Origin: Candidatus Gottesmanbacteria bacterium
Lineage (GTDB): Bacteria; Patescibacteriota; Microgenomatia; UBA10105; UBA927
Direction: 5' to 3'
Length of the DNA: 64,000 bases
Assembly: GCA_030679255.1 (NCBI GenBank)
Contig: JAUXTO010000042.1
Location: forward strand, 44,714-108,713
Shown: in pieces, positions 12,427 to 22,293 of the stretch
Position numbering within the stretch: position 1 is the stretch's first letter
Layout: each line of letters begins with the position of its first letter
The notes under the pieces: generated by a model
The model's input: only the letters and a program-made list of their open reading frames with translations
What the model was told of the DNA's origin: nothing
The model's database searches: none
Position numbers and translations under genes: made by a program

Positions 12427-12996
12427 TCAATTAGCAACAACAAGCGCTGTTACAACAGTTGGATGTTTATAAAATTTCCCCTCAAACGCATATACCCCTG
12501 CATCCCATTGCCCTTCGGCAAACAACACTTCTGCGTGTTTAGGGCTATTGATCCATGCGTGTACAATTGTTTCTGAATTAGTAGGACCTAGCGCAAGATT
12601 TTCCTTCATCCTGTCATACCGTAGCCGCAGCCTGGTAATAATGTTTTTCATTGTCGCACCGCTTCGCGTGGCTTCGTGGCTAAACTCGCTATTTTCAAGC
12701 ATATCTTTTGCCCGGAGATAGGCAACGTAAGATAGATCGTGGCTTTCAACAAAAGGAGGTAAATTATTCTCTTGCCTGGCTTGGTTTATGAGAGCAAACA
12801 TTTGTTTTACATCAACGGACGTCGTTGATGAAGGCGGTTCCGGGAGTACCGCAGAAGAAAAAACGTATTGAATGTCACCTTTAACCTCATATACAAGAAC
12901 GCCAAGCGCGCCAAAAGCCAGAAGAATTGCTGCAAGCGTAAGGAGTATCGGGAGTTTTAGGCTTATAGGACGCTTCATACATCTATTATACTCCAA
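12427..12996 (-). CDS. CAP/SCP (YkwD-like) domain protein with N-terminal signal anchor
   Basis: 189 aa; N-terminal TM; WINSPKHAEVLF...GVYAFEG resembles CAP-domain SPxHxxN(I/L)L motif. Confidence 0.55.
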   Translation of the reverse strand: MEYNRCMKRPISLKLPILLTLAAILLAFGALGVLVYEVKGDIQYVFSSAVLPEPPSSTTSVDVKQMFALINQARQENNLPPFVESHDLSYVAYLRAKDMLENSEFSHEATRSGATMKNIITRLRLRYDRMKENLALGPTNSETIVHAWINSPKHAEVLFAEGQWDAGVYAFEGKFYKHPTVVTALVVAN

Positions 12997-13224
12997 ATCG
13001 AATGACTAGCTGTTTACGTAGCATCGTGGTGTTGTGGTGGATGTTTTCTATGACTTATCGTAAAAGGGTAGAATATACCTCTTTTGAATATAAAGCCGTT
13101 TTACCCCTACAGATGAGGCTGGATAAACGGTAACTTACCCTCTTACAGGCGATCCACTATGGAAAGATTAGATAGGGGATTCTTCTTATTGTAAACATAG
13201 GATTATTCTTTATACCATCTTCTC

Positions 13225-13419
13225 ATGGCAAATTGGGATGATATTTTACAGGAATTAAAGAGCATTAAAGACCTCTTGCAACACAGTACGATCACGGTTG
13301 TTTCCAACTCGATAAGCCCTTCACAATCACCAAGTGTCTCGGTTTCTCCAAGCGTCAGTCCGTCAGTGAGCGTCAGTCCAAGCTACTCTCCCTCAATTTC
13401 TCCGTCAGTCTCCTCGTAA
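13225..13419 (+). CDS. small protein with (V)SPS repeat tail (possible; may be repeat artefact)
   Basis: 64 aa; C-terminal SPSQSPSVSVSPSVSPSVSVSPSYSPSISPSVSS encoded by GTCAGTCC-type DNA repeats. Confidence 0.2.
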   Translation: MANWDDILQELKSIKDLLQHSTITVVSNSISPSQSPSVSVSPSVSPSVSVSPSYSPSISPSVSS

Positions 13420-13544
13420 TACAAAAGAGTGTCTTCGTCTCACAATCTACCCTCATATATGAATTGTACGACTCAATAAGGAGCGTAATCTCGTGCCTGT
13501 GAGGTCGTAGGATGCCCTAGGAGGCACGAAGTGGGGTCAGGTGG

Positions 13545-16500
13545 CTATAGTTCCTTCTTAATTTTGGGGTACTTTATAGAAGTGATAGTTTTTAGCTTTG
13601 GCACCTTATATTTCTTGAATTTGGCAAGTCGCTTGGGTTTCTTCAGAGTAAACTTTTTCAGTGCAATCATTTTGACCTTAGGAATCTTCTTGACGGTCAA
13701 CCTTGCTTTGGAGGTAGAAAGATCAGAAAGCACTTCTTTGACTTGGGATACATCAATAACACCGGCGGTCACCGCAGCACTGATCTTGTTCTTTTGTGTC
13801 GTGAGCGCTGACTTGTATTTTGAGAGCGCTTGTTTATCTACCTCATAATTTCCCACCATCTTTGGCTTTTGAGGGATATAAGAAACGTCTACAGAAGTCA
13901 CTGTGCCTGAAGGGGAAACATAGAAAAGCTTTGTCCCACTGCTTGCGGGTTGTCCTGTGAGGCCTACGGTTTGTCTCGCCTTGAGATCTTCTTTGGTTTC
14001 TGCTTGTTGATCCATAAAGTCACTATATGTTTTGGTTCCACCACGGACCAACTCGGATTGATTGGCTGATAGGGGCCGGGCATTACTATCAAAGTACGTC
14101 TGTGCTTGTGGAGTAGAGTATTGTCCGAACAACATGGACTTTACATAGTTGGGGAATGTTTGTTCTACTGGGAAACGGATATTTCCAGTCGGCGTTGTTG
14201 ATTCCCCCTTATTGTAGGATTGTAGACCTTCAACGGTTTTTCTTATCTGTACGCCACCAGGAAAAAACGCTGGTGCTACTTTGATGAGATTGCGCTTGCC
14301 TTCTTCTCTCGTTTGTTCTTCGCCAAAAAGCATTTGTCCTGTTGCTTGTCCCGCCTGCAACGATGGGGTAAGTCTAGGGTTTATTGGTAATAGGTCTAAC
14401 TTCATCCCGAATGCGTCCTTGAGTATTTTTGCCATAACGAGAGTTGCTCCGACGTAGCGCACCAATCCCGCAATATCCCTTTGTGCAACCTTAGTGAGCA
14501 GGAATTCTCCTTGCTTAATGTTGAACGACTGGAACTGAAGAAGTGTTTTGTTGATATCGCTTGATAGCGCAAGGGGTGTGTCGATACTGCCGAACACAAA
14601 TTGTGTTTTCCGAACGATACCCTTTGCGTACTCTATCGCCTGTTGTTCACTCATGTTTTGTGAAAGTGCCTTGGCTTTCGCGCCGTAATAAGCAGCACCA
14701 CGATTGATCTTTTCCGCTTTATCGAACAGGTAGAACAGGCCTTCGTCGAGCTTTGTGAGGATGTTTTTGTAGACGCCGATATTCCTATCCTGAATGAATG
14801 AATCTTTCAGCACTCCTACGCGTTCAAGTTCGTTTGATCCCCAGTTTCGGGCAAGCTTCAAGTAGCCTGTGGCTGTCCAACGTTCCCCAAGCTCTGCGTA
14901 AGTGTTGGCGCCCTGGGAAAGATTTCGAAGCGCCGAAGATACATTCAATCCCAGTGTCCCGCGATAGACTGTCTGCCTGATCGATTGAGATAGAGCCGTT
15001 ACTGGTCGGGGACCGAAGCGGTACCCGATAGGAGTGCTCTTGATGAAATTATCAATGAGGGTATCTATCTCCGTAGGACGAAGATTGATTCTGTCCGTGA
15101 GTTTTTGTAGATATTTATATTGTGACAGTTCGAGGCTTGGTGATTTTGCCTTTAATGCTTCCAGGGCAGGGTCAAGATTATATTTCCTCACTGCCCGTTT
15201 GGTATAAGCATCGAGAGCCGCCCATGTATCTTTGAGATAGTCAATCCTGTCGCTTTTACGCATGAGCAGGAACGGATCGTAGACCCCACCCGCGACCTTC
15301 TGGTCGATAAGTTTAGCGAGGGCAGGGTCAAACTCTCCCTCAACCGCGCCCTTGGTCCAGATGTGGGTGATGTAATTACTTATCTGTTTAGATGGTGGCA
15401 GTTTTAACTTCGTTGCCCAGTCCGCTAAATACCCTCTGATCTCCATTGCAACCCTGCCTTCAACGGGATTGAGTCCTACATTTTCCCCGTCCAAAGCTCT
15501 GAATATCCGTTCGTTGCTCTCAGGCGGAACCCGCTTCTGCCAGTCTGATATTCTCTTTATTTCATCCGGTAATTGCGTGAGATACGATTCGTACTGTGAA
15601 CGAAGATACTTCGCTTCATCTCCCAGCCCGATCTTTTGAAGTACCTGTTCGGGCGTTCTCAAATAATCAACAATGTTTACCTTGTTTTGTACGTTGGTGA
15701 ACGTGGGGTCAATGACGTTTTGTACACGTCCTATTGCTTGCGGGTCGTTGGCGGTAAATGCTTTTTTTACATATCTCTTGGCCTCCTCGACATTTGCGGC
15801 AACCATCTTGTCATATGAGGAATGATCGAGCGGGCTTATCCCGTCATCAAGGATTCGTTGTGCTTCTTTGGCGTCAATAAACCGTATCTGACGGGCGGTA
15901 AATCCACGACTTCCTAACTCTTGGGGATAGTTCAGAAGATTTGACAACCGTTCATTCGGAGTTTTAGGTACTTTAGAAAGTGCTTCATCAATGGTAAATA
16001 TTTTGTCCTCTATGGTACGAATAATACTCCCGACTTGGGTATCATTCTTCATAGTCTGAATGATTGCATAATCTTTTTTGTAGTCTCCTGAACCACCGAC
16101 TAAATTCACTAGTTCCTTGTTGAGTGTTGCCCGTAACGCTTGTAAGTCGTCTTTTGCTCCCGTCTTTATGAGCTTATCCGCAAACTCGTTGTACACGATT
16201 GACGCTTCTTCTGGTGTTTTGGTGAGGGAAAGACGACCACTAAGTGCGTTTTGAATCTCTGGTGTTTTGGTAAACCCCATGATCGCCAGTCGATCTGTCT
16301 CCTGGAGTTGTTTTCCTGCTGCTATTTCTTTTGGGGTAAATGTTGTTTGTCCTCTGTTTGCTTTTGTTAAGAACGATTGCTCCTCCGGTGAGTAAGAGCC
16401 TCCCGTGAGCAGATTCAAGCTAAACTTGGCTATATCCCCAGTCTTTACATCAAAGCCTTCTGGTTTAATAGGATTTCCTACACCCCATTTTAATGTGGGA

Positions 16501-16823
16501 AGCTTATTCAGTTGTGCGTCGATCTGTGGTTGATAGTCCGTCATCACTGCACGGGAGGGGATGATGTTACTCGAATATATTCCTTGTTTCTGAAGGCTTT
16601 GCTGAGAAATTGTATTTTGCTTTAATTGATTGGAAAAATTAGTTACTGCATCATTGACCCTGTTCACAAAGGGTTGTACCTGGGGCTGCAGTTGTTTCTG
16701 TACCCACGACGCTGGTGTTGGATTCTGCTGGATAAACGACTGAGCCTGACCGAACAGTTTACTTGCGGTATTTTGAATTTTCGTTGCTACTTGTTGACTT
16801 AGAGTGTCCCATAGATTAGCCAT
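13545..16823 (-). CDS. very large Q-rich hypothetical protein (virion structural-like); start set at MANLWDTLSQ, ORF track extends to 16991
   Basis: About 1090 aa; 8-nt overlap with stop of upstream gene; Q/N-rich N-terminus, K-rich C-terminus; no family recognised by eye. Confidence 0.5.
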   Translation of the reverse strand: MANLWDTLSQQVATKIQNTASKLFGQAQSFIQQNPTPASWVQKQLQPQVQPFVNRVNDAVTNFSNQLKQNTISQQSLQKQGIYSSNIIPSRAVMTDYQPQIDAQLNKLPTLKWGVGNPIKPEGFDVKTGDIAKFSLNLLTGGSYSPEEQSFLTKANRGQTTFTPKEIAAGKQLQETDRLAIMGFTKTPEIQNALSGRLSLTKTPEEASIVYNEFADKLIKTGAKDDLQALRATLNKELVNLVGGSGDYKKDYAIIQTMKNDTQVGSIIRTIEDKIFTIDEALSKVPKTPNERLSNLLNYPQELGSRGFTARQIRFIDAKEAQRILDDGISPLDHSSYDKMVAANVEEAKRYVKKAFTANDPQAIGRVQNVIDPTFTNVQNKVNIVDYLRTPEQVLQKIGLGDEAKYLRSQYESYLTQLPDEIKRISDWQKRVPPESNERIFRALDGENVGLNPVEGRVAMEIRGYLADWATKLKLPPSKQISNYITHIWTKGAVEGEFDPALAKLIDQKVAGGVYDPFLLMRKSDRIDYLKDTWAALDAYTKRAVRKYNLDPALEALKAKSPSLELSQYKYLQKLTDRINLRPTEIDTLIDNFIKSTPIGYRFGPRPVTALSQSIRQTVYRGTLGLNVSSALRNLSQGANTYAELGERWTATGYLKLARNWGSNELERVGVLKDSFIQDRNIGVYKNILTKLDEGLFYLFDKAEKINRGAAYYGAKAKALSQNMSEQQAIEYAKGIVRKTQFVFGSIDTPLALSSDINKTLLQFQSFNIKQGEFLLTKVAQRDIAGLVRYVGATLVMAKILKDAFGMKLDLLPINPRLTPSLQAGQATGQMLFGEEQTREEGKRNLIKVAPAFFPGGVQIRKTVEGLQSYNKGESTTPTGNIRFPVEQTFPNYVKSMLFGQYSTPQAQTYFDSNARPLSANQSELVRGGTKTYSDFMDQQAETKEDLKARQTVGLTGQPASSGTKLFYVSPSGTVTSVDVSYIPQKPKMVGNYEVDKQALSKYKSALTTQKNKISAAVTAGVIDVSQVKEVLSDLSTSKARLTVKKIPKVKMIALKKFTLKKPKRLAKFKKYKVPKLKTITSIKYPKIKKEL

Positions 16824-18078
16824 AGATCGGTTGACCGTTTTGATCGTATCCTTTGAATACTTTTCCGGATATTTGTCCTGTGTAATTTGGTGTGTTTTGT
16901 CCGTTTGATGAATTGATTGATAACGGTGATGCTGGAGTGGTTGTCGTTTGATTGAAGTAGTTATTGAGTGCTGATTGTGAGCCTTGACCACTCATTTGCA
17001 TCTGTCGGGCATAGGTATCTAACGCTGTTGCAGCCTGGCTTCGTTGAAGTTCTAGGGTTTGCTCAAATTGAATTTTCTGAGAGTTTATTTGAAACACTTC
17101 ATTCCGGAGAGTCTGTAAAGCAGAGAGAGAAGCTTGGGCTTTTGCAGATGCTATTTGTGACCTGCTTTGTGAAATAGAAAGAAGTTTGTTTTGAAAGTCA
17201 CTCTTTGCTTGAGAGAAAGCAGAATCCGTATCGTATTTTAGCTTCGTCTTAGCGGTAGAGTAGCCACGATCAAGATCATATTTTTGAGTGTCAATCTGTG
17301 CCATAGTGTCGCTATAGGATCGCTGTGTTAGTCCCATCTGACGTTGCTGTTCAACAGATGAAAGTTCACTGGCTGCTTCACCTGCGGACGTACTACCACC
17401 AAAGCGTTGCTGATATCCACGACGTAATTCGTCATACAGTCTTCGTGCTGCTGTAAGCGCATCTTCTTTTCGATACCCTGCGCTTGTTGCGTTGCGATCA
17501 AGAGTAGAAAGACCAGAGGTATTTTGATCATTGAGCATCTGAGTGTTCACATCGAATTGCCCTTGGATTGATTTTTGTACATCGGGATATTGAGCATTCA
17601 GAGTATTTTCAGCTTCTGTGAGATATTGAAACGAGGGGTTATACAGTGCATCAATCTGGGATTGAATATCGGGCTGGCCTTGGCCTTGTTGTGCCATGAG
17701 TTCTCGATAGCGGGATTCTTGTGAGGGGTTACGATCCATCTTAGATAATTGTTGAAGTTCTGAATCACTTGGGCCTGTGGGGGTTGTGTTCGCTCTTGTT
17801 GTTACTCCATTAACCTGACCCGTTCCTGTGTTATTGTTTCCACCGGTAACCATTCCTGAGGGCTTGGGTTGTATGTAAGGGGTGTCGTATGTTCCGGTAA
17901 CTGGTTTTCCTGCGATCGTGTTAGCTAGACCTGTGACGGGTCCAGCGCCTACGACATTAGGAGTCACCATGCTTCCAATATTTGCCACGGTTTGACCCAG
18001 TGCCTGACGTGCCTGCCCAGAACCAAATTGATTGACTGCAAGATCGTACCATCCACCTAAATTTTGAATTGCTCCCAT
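16816..18078 (-). CDS. Q/N/S/T-rich hypothetical protein (start at MGAIQNLGG with aggaga RBS)
   Basis: About 420 aa low-complexity protein; RBS AGGAGAA 5 nt upstream of ATG at 18078. Confidence 0.45.
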   Translation of the reverse strand: MGAIQNLGGWYDLAVNQFGSGQARQALGQTVANIGSMVTPNVVGAGPVTGLANTIAGKPVTGTYDTPYIQPKPSGMVTGGNNNTGTGQVNGVTTRANTTPTGPSDSELQQLSKMDRNPSQESRYRELMAQQGQGQPDIQSQIDALYNPSFQYLTEAENTLNAQYPDVQKSIQGQFDVNTQMLNDQNTSGLSTLDRNATSAGYRKEDALTAARRLYDELRRGYQQRFGGSTSAGEAASELSSVEQQRQMGLTQRSYSDTMAQIDTQKYDLDRGYSTAKTKLKYDTDSAFSQAKSDFQNKLLSISQSRSQIASAKAQASLSALQTLRNEVFQINSQKIQFEQTLELQRSQAATALDTYARQMQMSGQGSQSALNNYFNQTTTTPASPLSINSSNGQNTPNYTGQISGKVFKGYDQNGQPIYG

Positions 18079-18286
18079 ATGTTCTCCTGTGCCTAATCCT
18101 ATCCAACCGATATTTATGTTTACAATGACCAAAAATTAAGTCCTGGAATAACGGGAGGAAGTAAAATGAAAATTTGGCCTCTCCATTAAGATACACGCCT
18201 CCCGTTGTCTCAAATCTTAATCCTAAGGGGCGTTTTGGTCGTCACCTCACGCCCCATGATTATTAGTTGTTTTATAAAAGAACCAA

Positions 18287-18502
18287 TTACACACCTTTAG
18301 AATGAATCACTGAGCTTGCTTTTCCTTTGCCTGCTATGCCTGCTGTTTTCTGTAACTTGGAAGTCAATGCTCCTGTTTTGTTTGCATTTGAGACATACTT
18401 TGCATGTGCCAGCGACAGGTCACCCGCATGAACGTACTTAGCTTGTTTTGCTCCTACGTTTGCCGCTACGTCTTTACTCCATCCTTGTTTATCGATTGCC
18501 AT
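18287..18502 (-). CDS. small K/A-rich hypothetical protein
   Basis: 71-aa ORF in TerL-downstream block. Confidence 0.3.
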   Translation of the reverse strand: MAIDKQGWSKDVAANVGAKQAKYVHAGDLSLAHAKYVSNANKTGALTSKLQKTAGIAGKGKASSVIHSKGV

Positions 18503-18520
18503 ATAGTATTTTCACCTCCC

Positions 18521-18724
18521 TTATGTAAATCTTCTTTTACCTACGAAATCAATCAACATTTGAATGATCTCTTTTTTACTTAACTGCTCACCATTAGCGA
18601 TGATGAAAGTAAAAATCTCATCCTCTATGGTCCTTTCACCAATCTGTGCCTGTCCATGATTTGCCGTATTAGCCCACTGTGTGGCTACGGAATCCATGTG
18701 TTCTAAAACGTTATATGTTGTCAT
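18521..18724 (-). CDS. small hypothetical protein
   Basis: 67-aa ORF. Confidence 0.3.
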   Translation of the reverse strand: MTTYNVLEHMDSVATQWANTANHGQAQIGERTIEDEIFTFIIANGEQLSKKEIIQMLIDFVGKRRFT

Positions 18725-18748
18725 ATAGTTTTTCCTTTCTAAATGTTT

Positions 18749-18931
18749 TTATATTTTTGCTTTTAACACTCTCCATTCCATCTCGTCTCTTGTAAAAAGT
18801 TTCTTGTCGATATTTACCCGCATGGGTGGATCTCTCGGTTCACCTTCTGTTTTTCTAATGGCATCGTACTTCTTGATCCGTTCCATAATCTCAACATCAT
18901 TTGCCGTTGGTTCTGTTGTTTGTTTTGTCAT
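18749..18931 (-). CDS. small hypothetical protein
   Basis: 60-aa ORF. Confidence 0.25.
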   Translation of the reverse strand: MTKQTTEPTANDVEIMERIKKYDAIRKTEGEPRDPPMRVNIDKKLFTRDEMEWRVLKAKI

Positions 18932-18993
18932 ATCTGTTTATTCACCTCCTCTAAATTGTGAGATAAAGCTATTCATGTTTGCACGAGCAAAAA

Positions 18994-20298
18994 TCATCCG
19001 ATTCTCCATTTCTTTTTTAGTTCTTTTGCTTTTTGTAGCGATTGGTATGAGTTTGTCTTTGGTGTCTGATCAAGATTCCAGCAGTAATATTCAAACGCTC
19101 TCATGGCGTGGGAGTATTGGTTGTGAATAGGTATCTCGTTGGATTGGTTTACCATGGTCTCTCGTTTTTGAGGGTAACAATAGTTCACAAGACAGTCTCG
19201 AAACCGAGAACAATTTGGATTTGAGGATGATACATATAGCCGTGACATAAAACGATGCGCATTCCGTATCTGCGTTGGAATATCAGGGATAAACGAAGTC
19301 TTTACATAGTGTCCGAGTCTTGCAAGTTCCTCTATTGGTGATTTGCCGGTTGTTAAGTCTCTTGCAGTTCCCGCAATATCACCTGCTTCAAAGGAAGGAA
19401 TTATATATGGCTTTGCACTGACAGCTTGGACAAAGTGGTCAATATTGGCATTTGAATCTTCGATATAGTCAATCAAGCGGATTTCTGAACCTCTTTGCTG
19501 AAGAAATAGAATAACCGTTGGATCATTCACGCCAAAGTCCCACGCTAAATGAAGAGGAAGCAAAGGATCATAGTCAAAAGGAATGTATCGTGTCTCCATG
19601 TCCCAGTCTTCATACACAACACCGTGAGGCTTTTCGTATTCTGCAAGAATTTCCTGTCGATAATATCCCATGCCCATTTGTTTATATTCAGTTATCAATG
19701 CTTGTAATTCCTGGGGATCAAGTTCAGGATTATCTGAAGAAGTAAAGTGAAAACACTTGAACAGACCGCTTTGTTCTAGTGAGTAGAGTTGTCTAAATCC
19801 TTTGGGAGTTCCTGCCATGATAGCGGGAGCTTTATTGGTTATAAGGTTTGGACGAATAACTGTTGGCCATATATTTGATTCCCAATCATCAATCTCATCA
19901 CCCGCGAACGCTCCCCAATTTGAAATACCACGAAGTGCCTCCGCATTTTCAACACCAAGTAGTTGTACTTTCCCACCATTAGGAAGTGATATAGAGAGTT
20001 CCGCCTCATTCTTTTTATAGGGAAGTTTTATCCCTGTGAAATGGTCAAGCATCCGTTGTACATGGTCTGACCACACGATGTTTTTACTCTGTACTCTGTT
20101 TGGTGAAACATACGGGCATGTGAGGTTCGTTTTAAGTGCCATTTCAAAAAGCCATGAGATAAGAAGGCTTGTTTTTCTCCATTTACGGCCTGCACGAAGT
20201 TGAATAAACCGAAAACCATCATCAAGAGCCTTCAATACTTCCTTTTGTCCTGAGTGTGGTTTTGTCGGATAGAATGTATTTACTTTTATTTCGCTCAT
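18994..20298 (-). CDS. terL: terminase large subunit
   Basis: 434 aa; FIQLRAGRKWRKTSLL Walker-A-like motif and overall layout of phage TerL (ATPase + nuclease). Confidence 0.75.
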   Translation of the reverse strand: MSEIKVNTFYPTKPHSGQKEVLKALDDGFRFIQLRAGRKWRKTSLLISWLFEMALKTNLTCPYVSPNRVQSKNIVWSDHVQRMLDHFTGIKLPYKKNEAELSISLPNGGKVQLLGVENAEALRGISNWGAFAGDEIDDWESNIWPTVIRPNLITNKAPAIMAGTPKGFRQLYSLEQSGLFKCFHFTSSDNPELDPQELQALITEYKQMGMGYYRQEILAEYEKPHGVVYEDWDMETRYIPFDYDPLLPLHLAWDFGVNDPTVILFLQQRGSEIRLIDYIEDSNANIDHFVQAVSAKPYIIPSFEAGDIAGTARDLTTGKSPIEELARLGHYVKTSFIPDIPTQIRNAHRFMSRLYVSSSNPNCSRFRDCLVNYCYPQKRETMVNQSNEIPIHNQYSHAMRAFEYYCWNLDQTPKTNSYQSLQKAKELKKKWRIG

Positions 20299-20299
20299 A

Positions 20300-20740
20300 T
20301 TATTCTCCCCTAGTTAGAACAACCTCAATGTTTGTTTGTTGCATCTGTGCTGGTATATCGGTTTCTATACCGAGGAGTTTTCCGAGTTTGTCGTGATAAT
20401 CTTTTCGTGTCTTATGATCCGCATACATCTCACCGGAGAATTGATCTCGTTTAGTAGCTTCTACCCCCTGACGAAGCTGATCAAAGTATTTCTCATGATC
20501 TAGACCATAGGCTTGCATGATCTCTTGTTTGTTAACTCGTGCTAACCATCGTGATCCCAAGACCCGTGAGGAGTGATCGTCAACAGAAGGGTGCAATTCC
20601 TTGTATGCTTTTGAGGCATTTAGTCCGCACTTCACCCACGTAAGATAAAAAAGCATCAGATCTAAGTTTCCATCAAACGCTTTCTCGAGATCCTTAATGT
20701 TAGGTGTTATTTTATTTTTCATTGGTATCTTTCTTCTCAA
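20300..20740 (-). CDS. terS: terminase small subunit-like HTH protein
   Basis: 146 aa immediately upstream of terL; CGLNASKAYKELHP resembles TerS N-terminal HTH. Confidence 0.5.
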   Translation of the reverse strand: MRRKIPMKNKITPNIKDLEKAFDGNLDLMLFYLTWVKCGLNASKAYKELHPSVDDHSSRVLGSRWLARVNKQEIMQAYGLDHEKYFDQLRQGVEATKRDQFSGEMYADHKTRKDYHDKLGKLLGIETDIPAQMQQTNIEVVLTRGE

Positions 20741-20927
20741 AGTATCGAAAGCGGTGCTGTACTATTTTCTTTGGATCGATCTCAGGATAATCAGAGACCA
20801 TGTCTCTCCCCCCAAGTCGAAGGAAAAGATAACACCGTAAACAAAGCGTATCGACGATATCGTGCATAGTTACACGAAAAAAATACTCTCCAACCACTTG
20901 TGTACAATAGAAACATACCCGCTTCAC
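20712..20927 (-). CDS. hypothetical protein
   Basis: 71-aa ORF overlapping neighbours in operon. Confidence 0.2.
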   Translation of the reverse strand: MKRVCFYCTQVVGEYFFRVTMHDIVDTLCLRCYLFLRLGGRDMVSDYPEIDPKKIVQHRFRYFEKKDTNEK

Positions 20928-21223
20928 TTTGCCCCTTCCTGATTTAGTTTTGTCACAATTTCGTCTGCGGTGTTCAGTGTCAACTCGGTATTACTCTCGG
21001 ATATCATGGCCGCTCCGTCATTCACCGTTTGCATAGCCTCATTGTTTTTTTTCATCTGCTCTAGCAAGCTCATGTTTCGCAGCGCTAGTTCGTTTGAGAG
21101 CTTGAGGACACAGTCAATGTGCCACGACCCCTGTTGAAGACCAATCTTTGTGGTGAGTTGTGTTTCTCCCGTGCCACAATAAGGGCAATTGCCGTCGCTT
21201 ATATGCTCCATTGAATCGTTCAT
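20924..21223 (-). CDS. zinc-ribbon hypothetical protein
   Basis: 99 aa; CPYCGTGE ... C pattern. Confidence 0.35.
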   Translation of the reverse strand: MNDSMEHISDGNCPYCGTGETQLTTKIGLQQGSWHIDCVLKLSNELALRNMSLLEQMKKNNEAMQTVNDGAAMISESNTELTLNTADEIVTKLNQEGAK

Positions 21224-21316
21224 ATTGACCTCCTCATTGAATAATAAAAAAGAGATATGTATGTTTACAAGTGCCCTTTATTGCATACATACAAGTTCCC
21301 GATATAGGATTGATTT

Positions 21317-21595
21317 ATGAATACATTACAGACGGAATTCCACCAGAAGGTGAACGAGAGAAACCGGATCATCTTTGAGCGGTACAAAATGGTATCGGGG
21401 GATGTGCTTTCCATAGAATATGGTATCAGTCACCAACGGATTCATCAGATTGTTCGTAAAATAGAAAAAGAAACCGGTGTTAGCATGCGCCAGATTATCA
21501 GAGAGCGAAAGCGGGTTGCCGTGGTTGATGCGTGGAGGGCAAAGTCAATGATTTATAAGCATGACTGGGGGTCGGTACAGTATCAACCTGTTTAG
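21317..21595 (+). CDS. hypothetical HTH-like protein
   Basis: 92 aa; LSIEYGISHQRIHQIVRKIEKE resembles sigma-70 region-4-type HTH. Confidence 0.35.
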   Translation: MNTLQTEFHQKVNERNRIIFERYKMVSGDVLSIEYGISHQRIHQIVRKIEKETGVSMRQIIRERKRVAVVDAWRAKSMIYKHDWGSVQYQPV

Positions 21596-21730
21596 CATAA
21601 GAGGCTACGCTGTCATAAACATTGGTACATAGACATGAAGTTGCTGATATATACTGTTATATTCTCTTAGAAGGTGTTCGAAATAGAGCAATTCGGGCTC
21701 ACTATTTTTGAAACATAAATTGTTTTATAT

Positions 21731-22276
21731 ATGAAACCACGAATCATATATATTCATGGGAATCAGACGACGCATTGGTCTTTCGCGTGGGCTGCGTGGC
21801 TGAAGCAGGAATTGGAAAAGAAAGGCTATATCACGTTTTTTGAAACATTTCCGGATTCTATCATCGCCCGATGCGAATATTGGTTACCGTTCCTCAAAGA
21901 CCATGTGAAGGCGGGGGAACATGATGTGCTGGTTGGTTGGTCTACCGGTGCAGTAGCGGCACTTCGATATGCGGAAACGAATAGAATACTCGGTTCAGTC
22001 TTGATCTCCCCAAGCTACACGGATTTGGATGACGAGATGGAAAAGCAGGGCGGGTACTTTACGACTCCTTGGGATTGGCAAAGCATCAAAAAAAATCAAA
22101 AGCAAATCGCATTATTTTACGGCGACGATGACCCGTACATCCCACAGGAACAGTTTGAATTTATAGCAAAACAACTTACTGCTAGGACGATGAAAATTCG
22201 AGGAGCAAAACACTTTATCGAACAAAACACCTTCCCCGAGCTTCTTGCCTACTTACTCGAAGTATGTTCACATTAG
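21731..22276 (+). CDS. YdeN/RBBP9-like alpha/beta serine hydrolase
   Basis: 181 aa; IYIHGNQTTHW, GWSTGA nucleophile elbow. Confidence 0.6.
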   Translation: MKPRIIYIHGNQTTHWSFAWAAWLKQELEKKGYITFFETFPDSIIARCEYWLPFLKDHVKAGEHDVLVGWSTGAVAALRYAETNRILGSVLISPSYTDLDDEMEKQGGYFTTPWDWQSIKKNQKQIALFYGDDDPYIPQEQFEFIAKQLTARTMKIRGAKHFIEQNTFPELLAYLLEVCSH

Positions 22277-22293
22277 CATGATAATAATTTTGA

